Source: Laetmonice hystrix
Lineage: Eukaryota
Assembly (NCBI GenBank): GCA_965235115.1
Contig: OZ249436.1
Location: forward strand, 29,204,001 to 29,268,000
Reading direction: 5' to 3'
Length of the DNA stretch: 64,000 nucleotides
Under the pieces are notes generated by a model. It did not search any database. It was not told where the DNA came from and was given only the letters and a program-made list of their open reading frames with translations. Both the position numbers and the translations under genes were made by a program. Positions 62,693 through 64,000 of the stretch are shown here, one piece after another; the stretch's first letter is position 1, and each line of letters begins with the position of its first letter.

Positions 62693-63542
62693 CAGAACCG
62701 TATTAAGCGGCTTCAGTGAAGCCTGTAGGAAGATATAGACCTGCTGAGCTTCCTATTCACAAATATTTCTGAAGACAAAGTCGGCCCTTCAAATTCTATG
62801 CTGGTGACGTGTGAAGACCGATGTGTGGGATATTGAAGGCAGGATGTAGTCAGTGCCCCGTGGTGCTGTCGCTGTATGAATGTTTTTTTTTTTTGTTAAA
62901 AAAAAAACATTATTGGACAATCATGTTGCAATAACGATCTTCCGATACATCCAGTATTTCGGTCGACGAAAAACAATGTCACATGTCACATGTCACAGCG
63001 GCAATGTTGGCTATGACGCATGCACTAAAATACCGAAGACCAAGCAAATCGTTGAATAGGACGTTACCTGAAGGCCGTGAACAATTCTGTACACAATGAA
63101 GATCCAAATGGGATATATAGGTAAGCTTTTATGTCACCTGTCAGACGCCATAATTCAAGTTTGACGTTTTGTCTGGCACCGAGACGTTGACCTTTTGTTC
63201 GACCCAACTCGTTCTTCATCGTTTTCCATATGGCGCGAAGTGGCAGCTTGAGACCTACATTCGTTGTTTACGTTTTCACAATGACGTAGAATAATGACGT
63301 GAAGTGGAGCAATAACGCAGTGACTTGGGGTCGGAGCAGCCACCCACACAGTTTTTATTCCCTAGTTTCTGTGTTCCCCAAGTCCCAGCGAAGGAATCGC
63401 TTCTGCTGTCCCAATCTAAGAGGACGGTGCATGCATGGCTGCAGACTCCCCGAAAAGAGTAGGCCTATTACAGGCCTAGGCCCTACTAGGTAACAGCACT
63501 TCTTAAAATGGTAAATGTGACATTGGCGTATGACTGAAGATG

Positions 63543-63820
63543 CACTGTTAAAAATAACTCCGTAAATTTACGGTAAAAAGCCTGTGCAGCACCAGTTGCC
63601 AACTTTTTACAGTATATTTACGGGTACCGAAAAAGATAAGCACCGTAAATTTACGGTTCCTTACTTACGGTTTTCACCGTTAATTACGATTCACGGTTTT
63701 GTACCGTAAAAAAACCCCGATAAAACCGTAATTTAAAAAAAACCTGAAACCGTTAAATAACGGTAAAACCGTAAACGTTTTCAGGTTTAAGTCAGGGGGC
63801 AATCATATTAATTTAGTGTA
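63543..63820. repeat. Short element rich in accgtaa/ttacggt palindromic motifs (probable MITE fragment)
   Basis: Starts cactgttaaaaat; repeated ccgtaaatttacgg and aaaccgtaa. Confidence 0.4.
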
Positions 63821-64000
63821 GAGCCAGTCTTAGTCCGAACCGTACGCCTATCCAGTTCAAACAGGTCAATCCGTATAATTGTTCAAACATCTGGAGCCAA
63901 TGGGCTACTTAGCTTGAAATTATGGAATTTCCAAGCCAAGGAGTACATAAATACATCCTCTAGCCTCTAAAGATGGTGTTTCCAAAAGCTGTTGATGAAT

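Overview
Eukaryotic (animal, probably marine invertebrate; species not identifiable from sequence alone) genomic DNA. Positions ~400-49,100 hold an array of 52 intact, same-strand cassettes. Each cassette is a pyrimidine tract + TTNCAG splice acceptor, then a 198-348 nt phase-0 reading frame encoding a variable linker and exactly two C2H2-type zinc fingers joined by a TGEKP-type linker, then a stop codon. Many cassettes have no Met before the first finger. The best reading is one gene with at least 52 mutually exclusive alternative 3'-terminal exons spliced to a common upstream coding exon outside the window, an architecture like insect lola/mod(mdg4)/broad but larger. Three cassettes are recombinant chimeras of their neighbours, and several decayed or deleted cassettes show birth-and-death turnover. 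The spacers carry LINE, Penelope-like, MITE and Helentron/HINE-like insertions. After the last cassette (49,111) the window is transposon-derived: a nested stack of CTAG-terminated elements inserted into their own (TAT)n tract, a 258-bp satellite with higher-order structure, tRNA-like segments, a deleted Tc1 element and MITEs. Exon numbers (ZF exon 1-52) are my own, 5' to 3'.
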